Source: Camelus ferus | Taxonomy: Eukaryota | Reading direction: 5' to 3' | DNA: 64,000 nucleotides | NCBI RefSeq assembly: GCF_009834535.1 | Contig: NC_045709.1 | Coordinates: forward strand, 25,854,001-25,918,000 | Part shown: positions 12,881 to 25,756 of the stretch, in pieces | Layout of the letters: each line of letters begins with the position of its first letter | Numbering within the stretch: position 1 is the stretch's first letter | The notes under the pieces: model-generated | The model's database searches: none | Told to the model about the DNA's origin: nothing | The model's input: the letters and a program-made list of their open reading frames with translations, nothing else | Made by a program: the position numbers and the translations under genes

Positions 12881-13499
12881 ACAGAATCCATATCCTCGGC
12901 TTCACTAATTCCAACAAAGTGAATGTTTATTTCCAGATAAAGCAAAAATGAAAAAGAGAAAATGAAATCACACAATGTTGAGAATAAAAATGATGACAAA
13001 GTGAACTGAAGCATGGGGAGTTCATGAACTTTTAGAATATTTTGTCAACAGTGTGTTTTTAACCCAGTCTCATCAAATTACTTAAGATGAAATGCCTGTT
13101 ACCTTCCAGTCAGAAACTAGGCTGTGGTGAAGAATTAATGAGTTCTTCTAAAATACAGTAAATATTCTACCTGCATTTTCTTGTTAGCTGGTTTCTCTAC
13201 CTGTTTCCCCATCTCCTTGAGAGTCCTCGCTTCATTAAAGACAAGGGACAGAAAGCTGAGTGAGGAATCTGGCCCATTTTTACACACTGAGATTTTTTGC
13301 AACATAAATTGAGTCATCTTTCTTACTGCTGCCCAAGGGCATTTGAAATAATGTTTTCTCATAAGATGTTCGTGGGGAGACTTTAGAAGTGAAGAGTTAC
13401 TTGACTCTGGATCTTTATGTATAATGGTAAAATAAAGATGTTTATCTTTGCAGAATAAAAAAAAATAGACAAACACCAATTGAAAGGCTCTTTCCTTGC

Positions 13500-13660
13500 T
13501 TCTGTCTCCTTCTTCCTCTTTCTGTTTTTGCTCCCTCCTTCCCCCTCTTTTTCCTTCCTCCTCCTCCTCCACCTCCTCCACCTCCATCTCCACCTTCTCC
13601 ACCTCTTCCTCCTCCTTCTCCACTTTATTCATTACCCCCCCTTCTCTCCCTCTCCTCCAT
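13500..13660. repeat. Polypyrimidine low-complexity tract (CCT/CCA-rich)
   Basis: TTCCTCCTCCTCCTCCACCTCCTCCACCTCCATCTCCACCTTCTCCACCTCTTCCTCCTCC. Confidence 0.9.
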
Positions 13661-13960
13661 CCTTATGTCTGCCTTTCTGTTTTCTTCTGTCTCTCATTGG
13701 TTATTTCCCATACATTTTTTTCCTGTAGTAATAGCAGATTGTTTTCTATGTTTAGTTATGAATCCTCTATTTTAAGTGGATTACAACCTGGAATAAAGAA
13801 AGCATATTGTTTCACATTGAACTCAGCATTTGGAAAAAAGAAAAATTTCCATTCTTTAGGATAAATGCATCTAGTTTTCATTTTCTCCTATTTATTTTCT
13901 TTGCTACTTGACATAAAAACACAGTTTTGTTTTACTGTCTTCATAAATTCGGAGGCACAA

Positions 13961-13980
13961 CACACACACACACACACACA
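13961..13980. repeat. (CA)10 microsatellite
   Basis: Read directly from the sequence. Confidence 0.95.
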
Positions 13981-14329
13981 TACACGGCTCTCTCCCACTC
14001 TTCTGAAGACACACACGCTTACCAAGGTCTTTTCTTTAAGGCTCTGTGGGACACTCTCTCAGAAACTGCTGAAGCTCTGCAAATCAATGAAAAAATCTGA
14101 AAAACTGTGTTTCACCTGCCAGCTTGATAGTCACTTGCAGGGTTAGAAAACAAAAGAGCAGTGCCAAGCTAAAAGCCTTATCTAATTTTGTAGCAAACTC
14201 ACTTATGTTTTAAAGTAATTAGAATATTATTGAACTTTTTTTATTAGTACAATCACTGGATTTTTCTTACATCTCCTGTATGTGATTCAAAAACTACCTT
14301 TCTGAGCTTCCGTATCTTGAAAATGAAAT

Positions 14330-14435
14330 ATCCCCTGACCAGCAGCATGGGCTTCACTGGGAGCTTGTCGGAAACGCAGACCCTCAGGTCCCACCCAGAC
14401 CCACCAAATCAGGACCCGCAGTTTAACGGAACTGC
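14330..14435 (+). mobile_element. MER5A/MER5A1 (hAT-Charlie MITE)
   Basis: CCCCTGACCAGCAGCATGGGCTTCACTGGGAGCTTGTCGGAAACGCAGACCCTCAGGTCCCACCCAGACCCACCAAATCAG matches recalled MER5A. Confidence 0.75.
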
Positions 14436-16084
14436 AGGAAGTGCCGCTCCACAAGCCGCGTTTCGGATGTGCCTGCTCGGTGATGCCTGCTAGAAGAGCT
14501 TTAGGGGAAAACAGCTGCTTTGAGGCAACCCCATGCGACCAACCCCCAAACAGAAGTTAGGCAGAATTTTTAATTATTGTTTTTGATACTTTTCTGGAAT
14601 TTGTTTTATATTCAGAGTTTTGCACAAAATATTATTTTATATTTTAAAATAATAATCAAAAGGGCATCATAGTGTTCCTCTAAGACGACTCAGGAGCTCC
14701 TTGGGGGTTAGGTCATGTTAAATCTTGGTTTAGCATCTAAGCGCTTAATACTTAATGTCTAGTTACTCATCGTCCCACGCTGTTCTGTACTTGCTCAGAC
14801 ATAAAGCAGCTTCAGTGACTTAAAAGACGAGCACTTGTTTTCCACCGCACAGATGTCCTAGCCTCCTCCACCGCCCAGACACGAGAGCGGGGAAGGCGCG
14901 CTGAAATGAAGTATCAGTGCAACGCCGCTGTGAGCTGGGAAGCAGAGGCCTGGGGGTTGCAGGTAAAGGCTAGGGACAAGCGGCCTCTGAGTTACTTTGA
15001 CCTCTCTTCTCTCTGGATTTCTTAAGCCTCTATTTACAAGCTGCCAGATTTTATGGTTGAAGTAATTTATATAAAATACGCAGTGAAAGCATATTTTATC
15101 CGTTGCGTTCTCGGCAGTTCATGGTTGCCACTCATCTGCTGAAGAACCCCTTTTCTGCTGCACAAGGCATAGATTAAAATATCAGTTTTCAATCCTGACT
15201 CAAATGAGGGATAAGAGGGCGGGCTGTGAAGCTGGGCGGGCCGGGGTCTAAATCATGCTCTGTGCTGCAGGAACTGTGCGTTCCCAGGCACCTCAGTCCG
15301 CATCTCTGAGCCGCGACTTCATTACACATGCAGACGGTCCTAGTATAACGCTGCAGCTGGCTGCAGTGACACCAGATGAGTTAGTACCTGTGAAGCTCTA
15401 CCCCTCGGGAAAGTTTTGATGGGCTTGAGAGGAAATTTTCACAAGCACAGCTTTACTCATACTTGCGTTTCTTCCTGAAGGAGCTGTCAGCTCTGGCAAC
15501 GGCAGACTAGACAATTTGCTATAACGTTATGAAATTATGAAAGCAAACACAATTCTATTAGCCCGTGAAAGCAAATACAGTAATGAATAGAATTAACTAT
15601 AATAACTGTGTAATTTGCTAAATCCCCCAGAGGACGACCCAACAAGCTGGGAAAATGTAAAATAAACAAAATCAGGTTTTAAAGCATCAAAGAACTGACG
15701 AGATGGGGAGAGACTGCTGGACAGTAAGACAAACCCTGGCTGTGGCCGGCCCTGCCGGGGTTCCCTGTGTCAGGTGCTCGGGGCCTCGCACCGCTCGCTG
15801 CCCGAGGGGGAAGGTGGAGGGCACCAAGCCCTCGGGGACACGTTGCTGCAGGTCCTGAAAGCTGATGCTCAGATTCACCCTGCGTAGCTTTATTTCTCTG
15901 CTGCTCTTCCACGTACACGCTCCTGTGGACTCTAGCGAGGTGTTTCACTGAAATGATTCTTTTTATGAATCTTTTAATTTTTTTTTTTACCACAATACAG
16001 TATTTAAATGGGATATTTTCTGTCTTACTTAGTGAAGCCCAGTTTATCCCCAAATATTTGGAGACAGAAAATAATTCCGGGTAA

Positions 16085-16800
16085 TCAGAGCTTTAGAAGA
16101 ACTCTGTGCTGACGGCAACGTCCGTCTCCGACCGTCCACCGCGGGGGCCCGCGCGGCGGCGCGGCGCCTGACCTGCAGAGAAGCGCCTGCAGCGCCCCTC
16201 TCCTCCCGCCGCCGTGCGGGGACGCGGCGGAGCCGCCGCGCTGGCCTGGCAGGTGTGGGCCCACCGCGGCCGCCGCGCGCCTCGTCGCTGCGACAGCGCC
16301 TCCCGGGAGCAGGCGCGTTCGGCTTCCGTGGGGAGACGCCTGCGGTGACGGCGCCCCTCTCGGGGGAGGCCCCGCTTCACAGCAGGGGCGAGGGCCCGGC
16401 GGGGGTCTCGGCGAGTCGGCGGCCGGGCACAGGCGGAAAGGAGCCGCGTTTCGCACGGACGCAGCACGTGCTCGGGGGGGGGGGGGGCTCCGCGGGGCCC
16501 GCACTCGGGCGCGCAGGCTCGTCGGGGGGCCGGACGGGGCGCTCCCAGGCACGGGGCGCACGGAGCGAGGCCGGGGTGGGGGACAGGGCTCCCAGGCCGG
16601 TTAGGGCAGGTCTCCGGGGTAAGACGCCCCGGGGCAAGCGTGGGGAACAGACGCCGGCTGGGAGGGAGAGCGCGGGCGCAGCGCAGACGCACGGGCCGAG
16701 AGTGACTCAGCGGGGGGAGCCGTCAGCCCTGCCGTCACGGTGCCTCTGTCGCACAGCAGAGGAGGTCAGAGCTGCAGCATCGCAAGAGGACTTTCATGAC
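16085..16800. promoter_or_regulatory. CpG island (orphan, or lncRNA/enhancer-associated)
   Basis: About 700 bp of very high GC and CpG density with a G14 run at 16474-16487, AT-rich sequence on its left, and no recognisable coding exon. Confidence 0.75.
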
Positions 16801-19800
16801 GCAGCCAAGTGAGGACAGCATCTGTCCCTCGCCCACACGTCTCCTCTGCCCCACTGGCTCCCCTGTCCTCGGGTGGAGACACGAGAGTTCCCTGCTGCCT
16901 GAGCCCCGTAAACCTTTCCTTAACGCGAACCCACAGAGCTTCCCGCTTGCACCCAGGCCGGGGCTGTATTAGGAAGGAAGATGAGAAAACAGCCCCCGCT
17001 CTTGCGAACGCCCCCGACTCCACGCCTCAAGGCACGTGTGGGGGACGCCTCCTCCAGGAAGCTCACCGTGCGTGCGTCTTTGGTGCCTTTCTTTTTGCCA
17101 CACGGGAAGCCTTCTGTCCCTTGTGTCAATCTCGGGCTCCAGTGGGTCAGTGGACAGAGGAGGACAGACGGTGAGAGCCCAGCGCCCAGCGCCCAGCGTG
17201 GCAGCGGAGACGCCTGACACGCCCTCCAGGTCCCGTGGCACCGAGCCTGCGGGCTGAGCGCCATGGCTCCGCTCACGTGGACCACACCGTGGCATTTCGC
17301 TTGGACTTTGACTCCATTTGAAACTCTGTGGGTGTGAAAATATGTCAGTCAGTTTGTCTTCCCAAGAATGAGGGCTTTGCTGACAGGTGTAGAAAGCCAA
17401 CCTGTGTGAGAAAATAAAATACTTCCTGCGAGATGGGTGTTGGGGGGCGGGTGGTGATGTCTGTTTTGGATCCTTGACTGTCTCAGTGCAGCGCAGCCAC
17501 CCAGAAGTCGGAAATCAGCTGAAACTTCACCTCCATCCTCTCTGCCAACTGCTCCAGCTCTGCGGGGAGAGGCAGTGGTTCTGCACAGGCTGGGGGAAGC
17601 TTCCTGAGGTTGGGTCCACCATCGCCCCCTTCCTGCTCCTGTCCCGCTCTGCCTGGCGCCTGCACGTCCCCCCAGGTGAGGGCTGGCACTGGGTCCCCAG
17701 GACCCTCGGGGGTGAGCCAGCTCAGTCTTGGAATCCACCTGCTCTTCAGAAGGGAAGTTTGGGCAGAACCCTGGGCATTGAAAAGGGTGCCTGGGGCAGG
17801 CATGGCCTCCATGTCCCCAGGGCTCTTGTCACAGTTCCACACCAGGACGGCACCTCTAGCTCCTGGTCCAGATCACTGCCCAGTGTTCCAGGGACACGGC
17901 GGTGGACAGAGGAGAAGCGTCCCTTTACGGGGCGGGGGCAGCTCTGGACGCACAGAGGAGAGGTGCGCGGGGTTTGCTGCGGGAGGTGCTGAGGGAGGCG
18001 ACTTTCAAACACGAGGGGTGTTACTGTCAGTGCCCCGCTCCCCCAGCCACGCCGACAGCTCGCTCTGGGCGCAGAAAGCATCTCCACTGACAGTAGCTCG
18101 TGTAGGTCACCTCACGTCTCCCCCCAGACTGCTTTCTCTCTTCAGAAAAGCAATGAGACTCTTCTTGTTTACCTGACAAAGTCACATCCGAAAAGCATGG
18201 ATTTCTTCCCGTGTTTCTGAGGGAGCAGAGCTAAGTTAAGTGACAGTAAGATCTTGCCAGGGGAGCCTTGGGGGTTATTACGCACCTTCCTCGGGTTTAT
18301 TTCTGGGGGCAGAGCAAGCATCTCAGGTGGAACTTGTCTGGGATGGCTGGCCGGGTCTGCTCTGACTGGGGCGGCGTTGGCTGCGCTTTGTCTGCCTCTG
18401 GGCCGGGCCCTCATTGCTGAGGGTCACGTGCCTCCAAGCCTCGGCTCTCGGCTCCCCAGTGATGCTGGTTCCTGGACGGTGCCCCTAAACCCTGGGGGTC
18501 TGCCTGCCTCGTGGACCCAACCCCCAGGCCTTCTCCCTGGCGGCTGCTCCGACCTGTGCTCCCTGTACTGAGCAGCCTGGGCCGTTCCAGCTGCAGGATG
18601 TGCAGAACTGTGTTTAGACGAAACCCAAACATCTGGCCATTAACTGGTTAATGATAATGCAGAAGGCGAAATCCACACACGAAACTAATTTTATCCTATA
18701 AGCGATGCCCTGGGTTTTAGGGGATAAAGACTCTTACGTTCAGAATAGGTCTGTGTCTTTGTGTCATCTTCCTCTCCTGAGAACCTCCTCCTTTTCTAGA
18801 GCCCGTCGATCTTGCCAGGCCCTCCTGAATCCCTCCGACACTCGGCTGGACAGAGAAGTCCGTGGAGACAGAGGCAGGAGCTCCAGGCACAGGGCGGTGC
18901 AGAGGGAGCTGCGTGTCCCCGGTGACGAGGCTGTGATGACTCAGGCACCACGAGGTCCTCCATGAGCCTCTAGGCCACTGCAGACGCTAGGGTCTTCCTT
19001 CCTAAAGGTGGGTCTGCGGGAGGTTCAGGCTCTCAGAGCGTCACAAGCGCTCGGCCTACAACTAGTTCTCCTGGCCCTGCTGCACGGGACTGGGGTTTGC
19101 TTTGTCATCGCTTGTGCAGTTTTCACTCTCCCGCCGTGGTACCCGGGCATCCTTCCCCAGCTGTGTCCAGCAAGCGCCTTCAGGAGACCTCGTGTCGTGT
19201 GACTGCACCCGCCACCCACCCACGCTCCACCCTCTGCGCCACACCACCCTGTCCTGCTCGCAGTCAGCTGCCTGGGCCCTGATGCATTTGTAACTTCTAA
19301 GCTGCTTCCAGACCAGAGACCGTGCCAGGACTGCCCACCACTGGCCGACCCCCAGCTTCCCCGTCCCCATCTCCAGTCCTCTTCCTCCTCTTTCTGTCCT
19401 GGCTCGTGACCTTGGAAAGAATTTTTGCAAAAAAGATGGAGCACCAGGCAAGCTCTTCCTGTGTCCACTCCCTGTCCCATCAAGTCAGCGGCTCCCACCC
19501 TTCTGTCCGCAGCCCCACGTCCAGTCACGGCCCAGACCGCAGCCTCCTTCACTGACCCCCTCCTCTCAGCTGCCAGGCCTCATCCCCTGTCTGGCGTCCC
19601 CTCCACCCACGTCCAGACTGTTTCCAGAATGGCAGCATAAAGTGCAGGTATAGCCAGAGCAAGTCCCTGCTGGAAACCTTTCAGCGGCAGACTGTAAGCT
19701 CCTGGGGACACGTTATGCTGGTTGCCAGGCCGGATTCTCCCATGCTGAGCCCCCGCGCAGACACGAAGGTGGTACTGACTGTGTCCCTGCTGTGCCACCG

Positions 19801-19889
19801 ACCCCGTGTGCACCCACCAGACACCGAAGCATTTCCCTTTAATGAGGCCAGTGAGCTAGTTACCGCTGGGCTTTCCTTTTCCTTTCTTT

Positions 19890-20100
19890 TTTTCAAATCA
19901 AAAAGCACTTATTAAATACGTTTAAGTGACGTAGGATCATTGTCGAGAATCTACATAACACAGAAAAGTAGGAAAGAAAAAATCGCCCTCATCCCACTGC
20001 TGCGAGAGTGCCCTACTGCGCGCGGGCGATCTTCACCATCACCTGCAGCGGGCTGTGTTTCGTGTCTACAGTTACACTCTTGCTACGACTTGTATAGATA
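19890..20100 (-). mobile_element. Old L1ME-type 3' end fragment
   Basis: ATCATTGTCGAGAATCTACATAACACAGAAAAGTAGGAAAGAAAAAATCGCCCTCATCCCACTGC resembles the recalled L1ME antisense tail. Confidence 0.45.
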
Positions 20101-20489
20101 TTAAAACTACAGCATTCAAATCAGCAGAGTTGGTTGAGAGTTAATCCCACTTTTTAGGCCTATAGAATGGCCTGAATCACAGCAAGAACCCCATAAACAT
20201 AGGTTAAACCATGTCGTCTATCTACCGGATTTTCATTTTCACGCACGACACTGCCTCAGTGCCCACACTCGCCGCACCCTCTGTCCTCAGACTTCCCTTC
20301 TTGACTATGCAAACACCTACCAGCTGCTCAAAGGGCCTTTTAACAATGTTTGCATCTTACAAAAGATACTCACCGGAACTTATGTTTACTTTCTGTTATT
20401 TCCGTAACAGACTCTTCCGCTGACTGGTTCCCATTGTCTCTCCGCCTGCAGAGATGCCCACAGAGGACGCGCCTCCTGTGACTGCCCGC

Positions 20490-20610
20490 TGGCAGCTCTG
20501 CAGGTGCGAACGCCGAGGCTCGGGAGGCAGAAGGGACTTGCCCAGGGTCACACGGTGAGGACAGCACAGCGCTGGGGCTTGGACGCACTTCGGAGGCACT
20601 GCAAAGCCAG
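20490..20610 (-). mobile_element. MIR remnant, GC-shifted
   Basis: GCAGGTGCGAACGCCGAGGCTCGGGAGGCAGAAGGGACTTGCCCAGGGTCACACGG versus the MIR core ACAGATGAGGAAACTGAGGCTCAGAGAGGTTAAGTGACTTGCCCAAGGTCACACAG. Confidence 0.6.
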
Positions 20611-21444
20611 TTTCCGTCCTGCTGTCCACACTGCCACCGCCCGGGCCCTGCCTGCCTTTCCGCACATGCACGGTGAGAGAAGAAGGCAACGCTACCCGAT
20701 CTTGCACTTGGACCACCACCGAGACACCCGGAGAAGCGGGGAGCCTGCACACACGGCCCGCCTGCATCCCAATGCTCGGCGCCTGCACACGCGCGCCGCT
20801 CAGTGCAGGTAAGGACCAGCCCGACGGCCAGCCGGGCGGCGCAAGGAGCCGGCCCGCTCTTCATTATTGTAAGTTTGCTCAGTTAACGCAACACAAAATG
20901 ACTAGAAAGGAAAATAAATCAATCCATTCATGCCTGTGAAAAACCTTGAGGACCTGATTTTCTGTTTAACAGAACAGACGGCAGGTGACAATGGAGTCGA
21001 TGTGAACAGAGTTCAGCATTTCAGCCCAACAGCAGGAGGAGAGAAACGGACCAAGAAGCACTGAAGGGCGTTTAAAAAATTCATGTATTCCTGAACGTTA
21101 GGTCCAAGAGGAGACGGATACAAATGAGCTGGGACAGAAGGGGAGTGGTTTTGTCCACGTGCACAGAGGTAAGCGTTTGGGGAAGAAGCCACATCAGACC
21201 AGGCAGGACGGCGGTGGCCAAGGGTGTGGATTTCAAGAAGGGCCACCTGGTCTGATGTTGCCTCCAGCATGTGCTGGCTGCGTGGCCCTCTCTGCCTGTC
21301 CGCCTGTGACCTGCACCTGGTCCTGACAGGTTCCGTGCTGGGGGCCGGGCAGAGCCATGTTCACCTGAGGAAACAGCCCATCAAAGTGCTGCTTGGACAG
21401 AAAAAGCCCTGAATCTGATTAAGTCTCTAGGACTGTGTCCTCGA

Positions 21445-21615
21445 CCTGGCTTTGCAAAAATATTTACAATTAAATGACTTAGAATTAAATTTAATTAAAT
21501 ATTCTGTTCCTCAGCCACACCACACGCTCAGTGCTCACAGGCGGCCGGTGGCTGCCAGAGCAGGCGGTGCTGACGCGGACGCGCCCATCTCTGCAGAAAG
21601 TTCCACTGGAACGCT
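21445..21615 (-). mobile_element. MER3-like hAT-Charlie MITE
   Basis: AATTAAATTTAATTAAATATTCTGTTCCTCAG...GCAGAAAGTTCCACTGGAACGCTG matches the recalled MER3 terminus. Confidence 0.6.
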
Positions 21616-21699
21616 GTGTTCCAGAAAAGATCACTGACTTACGGAAAATCCAGGGGACAGAGAATCACCTGAATGCAGTCAGCACAATAGAGAATACGG

Positions 21700-21915
21700 G
21701 AACTGTTACAGGACAAAATGACTTAATTCCTTAAATAAGTAACAAGACGGAATAACAGTTACAGACCAAAAAAGACGCAAGGAGCACGTCGACCACACGC
21801 CATGTGAAGACTGGGCTTTGATTCTGAACAAATCAATTGAAAAAAAAAAAAGACATGAGCCAATCAGGAAATTCTGAACATTGACCGCGTATGTGATAAC
21901 ACTGAATTTTGTCAA
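21700..21915 (+). mobile_element. Old L1MC4/L1ME-like 3' UTR, left part
   Basis: GATTCTGAACAAATCAATTGAAAA...AGACATGAGCCAATCAGGAAATTCTGAACATTGAC; it continues at 22955. Confidence 0.55.
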
Positions 21916-21919
21916 TTTT

Positions 21920-22950
21920 TTTAAAGACTGTATACATAAATACACATAACGTTTCCCGCTCAGCCACTTCTAAGTGTGCCGTTCCGTGGCGTGAACACTT
22001 CACGCTGGTGTACAGCCACCACTTCCATCTACTCCAGGACTTTTCTCATCTCGCAGAACTGCAGCCGTGCCCCCGTGACACGTGCGCTCTCGACTCCCCT
22101 GGCCGCCCAGCTCCTGGCGCCCGCCGTTCTCCCGGCTCTGCGTGTGACTGCCCCGCATCCCTCGTGTCAGTGGAATCACGTAGCATTGGTCCTTTTGTGA
22201 CTGGCTTATTTCAAGTAACGTCTTCAAGCGTCATCTATGTCGTAGTGGGTGTCAGCATTTTCTCCTTTCTAAGGCTGAGTCATGTTCCACTGTACAGACG
22301 GACCATCTGTCAGTGGAAACTTTGGTTGTTCGCACTTTTTGGCTACCGTGAATGATGTTGCTATGAACACGGGTGTAATTTCTTCCAGGTTTTGCTTTCA
22401 ATTCTTCTGGGTACGCACCCACACGTGGAAGTGCTGACCACGCGGTAATTCTGTTTTTAGTTTTCCGAGGGACTACCATATTGCCTTCCGTGGCGGCTGC
22501 GCCATTTGCGCTCGCCCAGCCGCGCACGGGGCCCAGGTTCTCCACGTCCTTGCTGGTACTTGGTGTTTTCTATTTAAATTTTTTTTCTAGCAGCCCCACT
22601 AATGGGTGTGAGGTGGTACCTTACCGTGGTTTCGATGTGCATTTTCCTAACGATTAGTCACACCGAGCGTCTTTTCAAGTGCTTATCGGCCCATCTGTTT
22701 ATCTTCTTTGGAGAAGTGTCTGTTCAAATCCTCTGCCCATTTTTTAGTCTTTTTTTTTTTGTAGAGCTGGAGTTCTGGATATGAACCCCTTATCAGAAAG
22801 AAGGTCTGCAAATATTTCCTCCCGTTCCGTAGGTCGCCTTTTCATTCTGTCAGCAGTGCCCAGTGGCGAACACAAGTTTGCAGTGTTACTGTAGTCCATT
22901 GTGTCTGTCTCCTCTTGTTTCCTGTGCTTCCAGGGTCATACCCAGGAGGT
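21920..22950 (-). mobile_element. L1MB-type 3' end (~1 kb), inserted into the older L1
   Basis: Antisense L1 motifs GTGGAATCACGTAGCATTGGTCCTTTTGTGACTGGCTTATTTCA and ATGGGTGTGAGGTGGTACCTTACCGTGGTTTCGATGTGCATTTTCCTAA, plus TTTGGAGAAGTGTCTGTTCAAATCC. Confidence 0.85.
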
Positions 22951-22954
22951 CATT

Positions 22955-23225
22955 ACTGATTTCTATTAATATTTGGGTGTAATAGTGATGTTTCTTACGT
23001 TTTTAAAAAGCCATTATCTTTGAGACGCATGCTGAAATAGTCTCACCAACAGGGTGACATGATGTCCGGGACAGACTTGATGACCACGCAGGGAGTAAAG
23101 GGGGTCAGGTGGTGGACCGAAGGCTGAAAAGCACCCTGGATGAGAGGCTTGGGGTCCATTAGACTAATGTCTCTGCTTTAGGGTATGCTTGAAATTTTCT
23201 ACAACAGTAAAGTTTAGAAGAAAGA
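22955..23225 (+). mobile_element. Old L1MC4/L1ME-like 3' UTR, right part
   Basis: TTTTTAAAAAGCCATTATCTTTGAGACGCATGCTGAA...GACATGATGTCCGGGA...TGCTTGAAATTTTCTACAACAGTAAAGTTT. Confidence 0.55.
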
Positions 23226-23774
23226 TCAGAAGTGCTTGTTCTCTGCAGCAGACCTGTGCCTGCCCACAGGTCTCAGAGCTGCCACGATCGTGGTGGCAGG
23301 CTGTCTCCCCAGCTGATGGGTGGGGTGCTGGAGTGGTGTCCACCCCAAGGACACGGTCACTCGTCCTTCCGCAGCCCGTAGGGACGGTCTCCTGCACACA
23401 AACACCCTGTTTCTCAGCCGTTTCACGGCCCCGGGAGAGCAAGGACGGCAGTTTCGAGATGAGGTGTGCTGGGTCACACCCCTTTCCTTCCGCTCTGGCC
23501 TCGCCCTCTTGCTGGGAGGATTTGGGGCCCCCTTGTCTGCTGGCGCTCATCTCCGGGGAGTACAGGGAGCGGAGTGGAGCGGCTGAAGCGGTGACAGCCT
23601 GGTGGGAGGATCCGCGTCCATGGCCAGCCCCCTCCCTCGCCCCTGGTGGGAGCCCAGGCTGTCAGCTCGTCCACTTACCTCAGTGGTACTTTGTGGCGCA
23701 GCGGTTCTGAAAGGAGAGTGAGGAGTCACACACGACGCTTTCCAAAGGCAGCCACGAGAACCATTGCTACCGCT

Positions 23775-24010
23775 GACTGAGCACCCACTGTTCACCAGGC
23801 CCGGTTCACAGACCACGTCATTCAGTTCATCCTCACAAGAGTCCAGTGAGGTAGGTGTTAGCACTCTGCTCATTTCACAGAAGGGGCGACAAAGGCTCAG
23901 AGAGGTTAAGGAACTCCCCAAGATCACACAGCTCGGTGCAGGTGAGTAGAGCTGAGGGTTACATGCGGCTGCTCTGTCTCCTCCTAACAATGCAGATCCA
24001 CGTGCTGAGT
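23775..24010 (-). mobile_element. MIR SINE
   Basis: CATCCTCACAAGAGTCCAGTGAGGTAGGTG...CATTTCACAGAAGGGGCGACAAAGGCTCAGAGAGGTTAAGGAACTCCCCAAGATCACACAGCT. Confidence 0.75.
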
Positions 24011-25756
24011 CACCTTCTCGCATTCACTTCGCCTTAAGGGTTGTTTGGACCCTTAAATCTTTAGATATAAAATGATACACTCTGTATAGGCTTTGGGGAG
24101 TTTCTTAGTTTTTCCTGCCTACAACTTCCACTTTTCCTCTTATTTCCTTCCCACCTTATCTTGTTGTTTCACACCACGCGCATCATGAAATACACACACG
24201 GCTACCTAGGCCAGTCTTCCCAGCTGTGTGAGGCCGGAAAGACCGCCCAAGAGGCTCGCTGGGACCCGGCAGGCTGGCGGGACCACGCGTGCAGGGCTGC
24301 CCCTGGGAGCGCAAACGCGGCGGGTGCCACTACGACAGCAGGTGTGCGGATTTCTCTCACCAGTAACTTCTCGGGGGGAGAAACTTCTTTTTATCCTGAA
24401 CCTGCCACTCAGTCCTACTAACTGGACACAGCTCAGTGTCGATTCCGGAGCAGAGGGCATGAAATCGGGCAACAAATGGCCAAGTGGGCGGGACTTCATG
24501 TTGGCGGCTGGTTTTCTTGGCGCTATATATTGTAATTAGATTTAGCACATTTATAAAATAACCACCCTCACGGGTACAGTGTGACACCACCATACATACA
24601 ATTTACCACGCATCAAAGACATAAAAACACGTGGTAAATACATTATAATTATTAGTTAAGACAAAGCCGAGATGGTTCTCTCGTTCTCAGTGTTGGTTTC
24701 ATTGTAAAAGGTTTACTAAATAATTGTATTGCAGTTAAGACGTCTCCTTAATGGGTTATTCAATAGTAATAAAGTAATCAGTGGCCGGTCCAAATAAGAC
24801 TTAAAACCACCTTGCAAATACTACGTAATGTATTTTCTGTATAAACTACTTATGAAATATCGATATTCTTAAAACGTCAATACACACTAGCGACACAAGC
24901 ACTTTCGGTTTTTAGACCCATCCCACTCTGTTCCAAAAAAAGCTTGTTAGAGACACTTATGATCAGATGCACAACCTCGAAAGCAGATGAGCTGAGACTT
25001 GCTGTCTTTGGCATCAATCTGAGCGTCTCGTAATGCTGTACATTTTCAGCCTTGTTGTGCTTTTGCCTGAATGGAAGCCAACAAGCTTTCAAAAAAAAAA
25101 CCTGCGTTCACCAAAACCGGAGTAAACTGCCAAGGCGTCCACTGAGCTCTAAAGATTAACCGCGGCTGTAGCCAGCGCTAGCTTTCATTGTCTCTGTTTG
25201 CTTCAAAAATGGATTTAGCGTCTGAAATGTGGACTTTCTGCATATGAACATTGTCCAGATTTCACCCACTTCACCAATACGACAGTTTCCTTCCTTCCTA
25301 AGATTTGTGCTAAACTATTCACTTTTCTGTAGGATGCGAGTCACATTCTTACTTTTTAAAAAATGAATATTGGCTCTTATTGAAATTGCCTCGGATTCCA
25401 GTCACACTGCGGTTCAGGTCCTCCCCCTGCCCGCAGGGGCCGCGGCGGGGGGTGGGGGGGGAGAGGGGAGCAGGGCCCCCGCCTCCCGGGCGCAGCGCGG
25501 GCGGCGTCCTCCCCCGCCACGCGGTAGACACGGCCTCTCAGACTGAAGATGCCGTTTAGCTCTTTGCAGGTTAACATACCGGCTCTTTCCAGGCAAAGCT
25601 CTCCAAATACCTCACACATTCTGGCCACTTTGATAGCTGAAGCTGTCGCCCCCAGCCCAGGGCCCGTACTTGAGTCATTTTTAAGTGTTCCTGAAGTCCC
25701 CATGGATTCCCAGCAAAACAAGTGCTCTCTGTGTTCACCCCACCTGCCATCTCACT

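Noticed and set aside
13135-13632. Glu-rich ORF (KVEKEEEEVEKVEMEVEEVEEEEE)
   Set aside because: It is simply the translation of the antisense purine-rich low-complexity tract at 13500-13660.
24601-24639. 10-bp inverted repeat ATTTACCACG / CGTGGTAAAT with a 19-nt spacer
   Set aside because: About one is expected by chance; it is too short for a pre-miRNA and shows no transposon terminal-repeat context.
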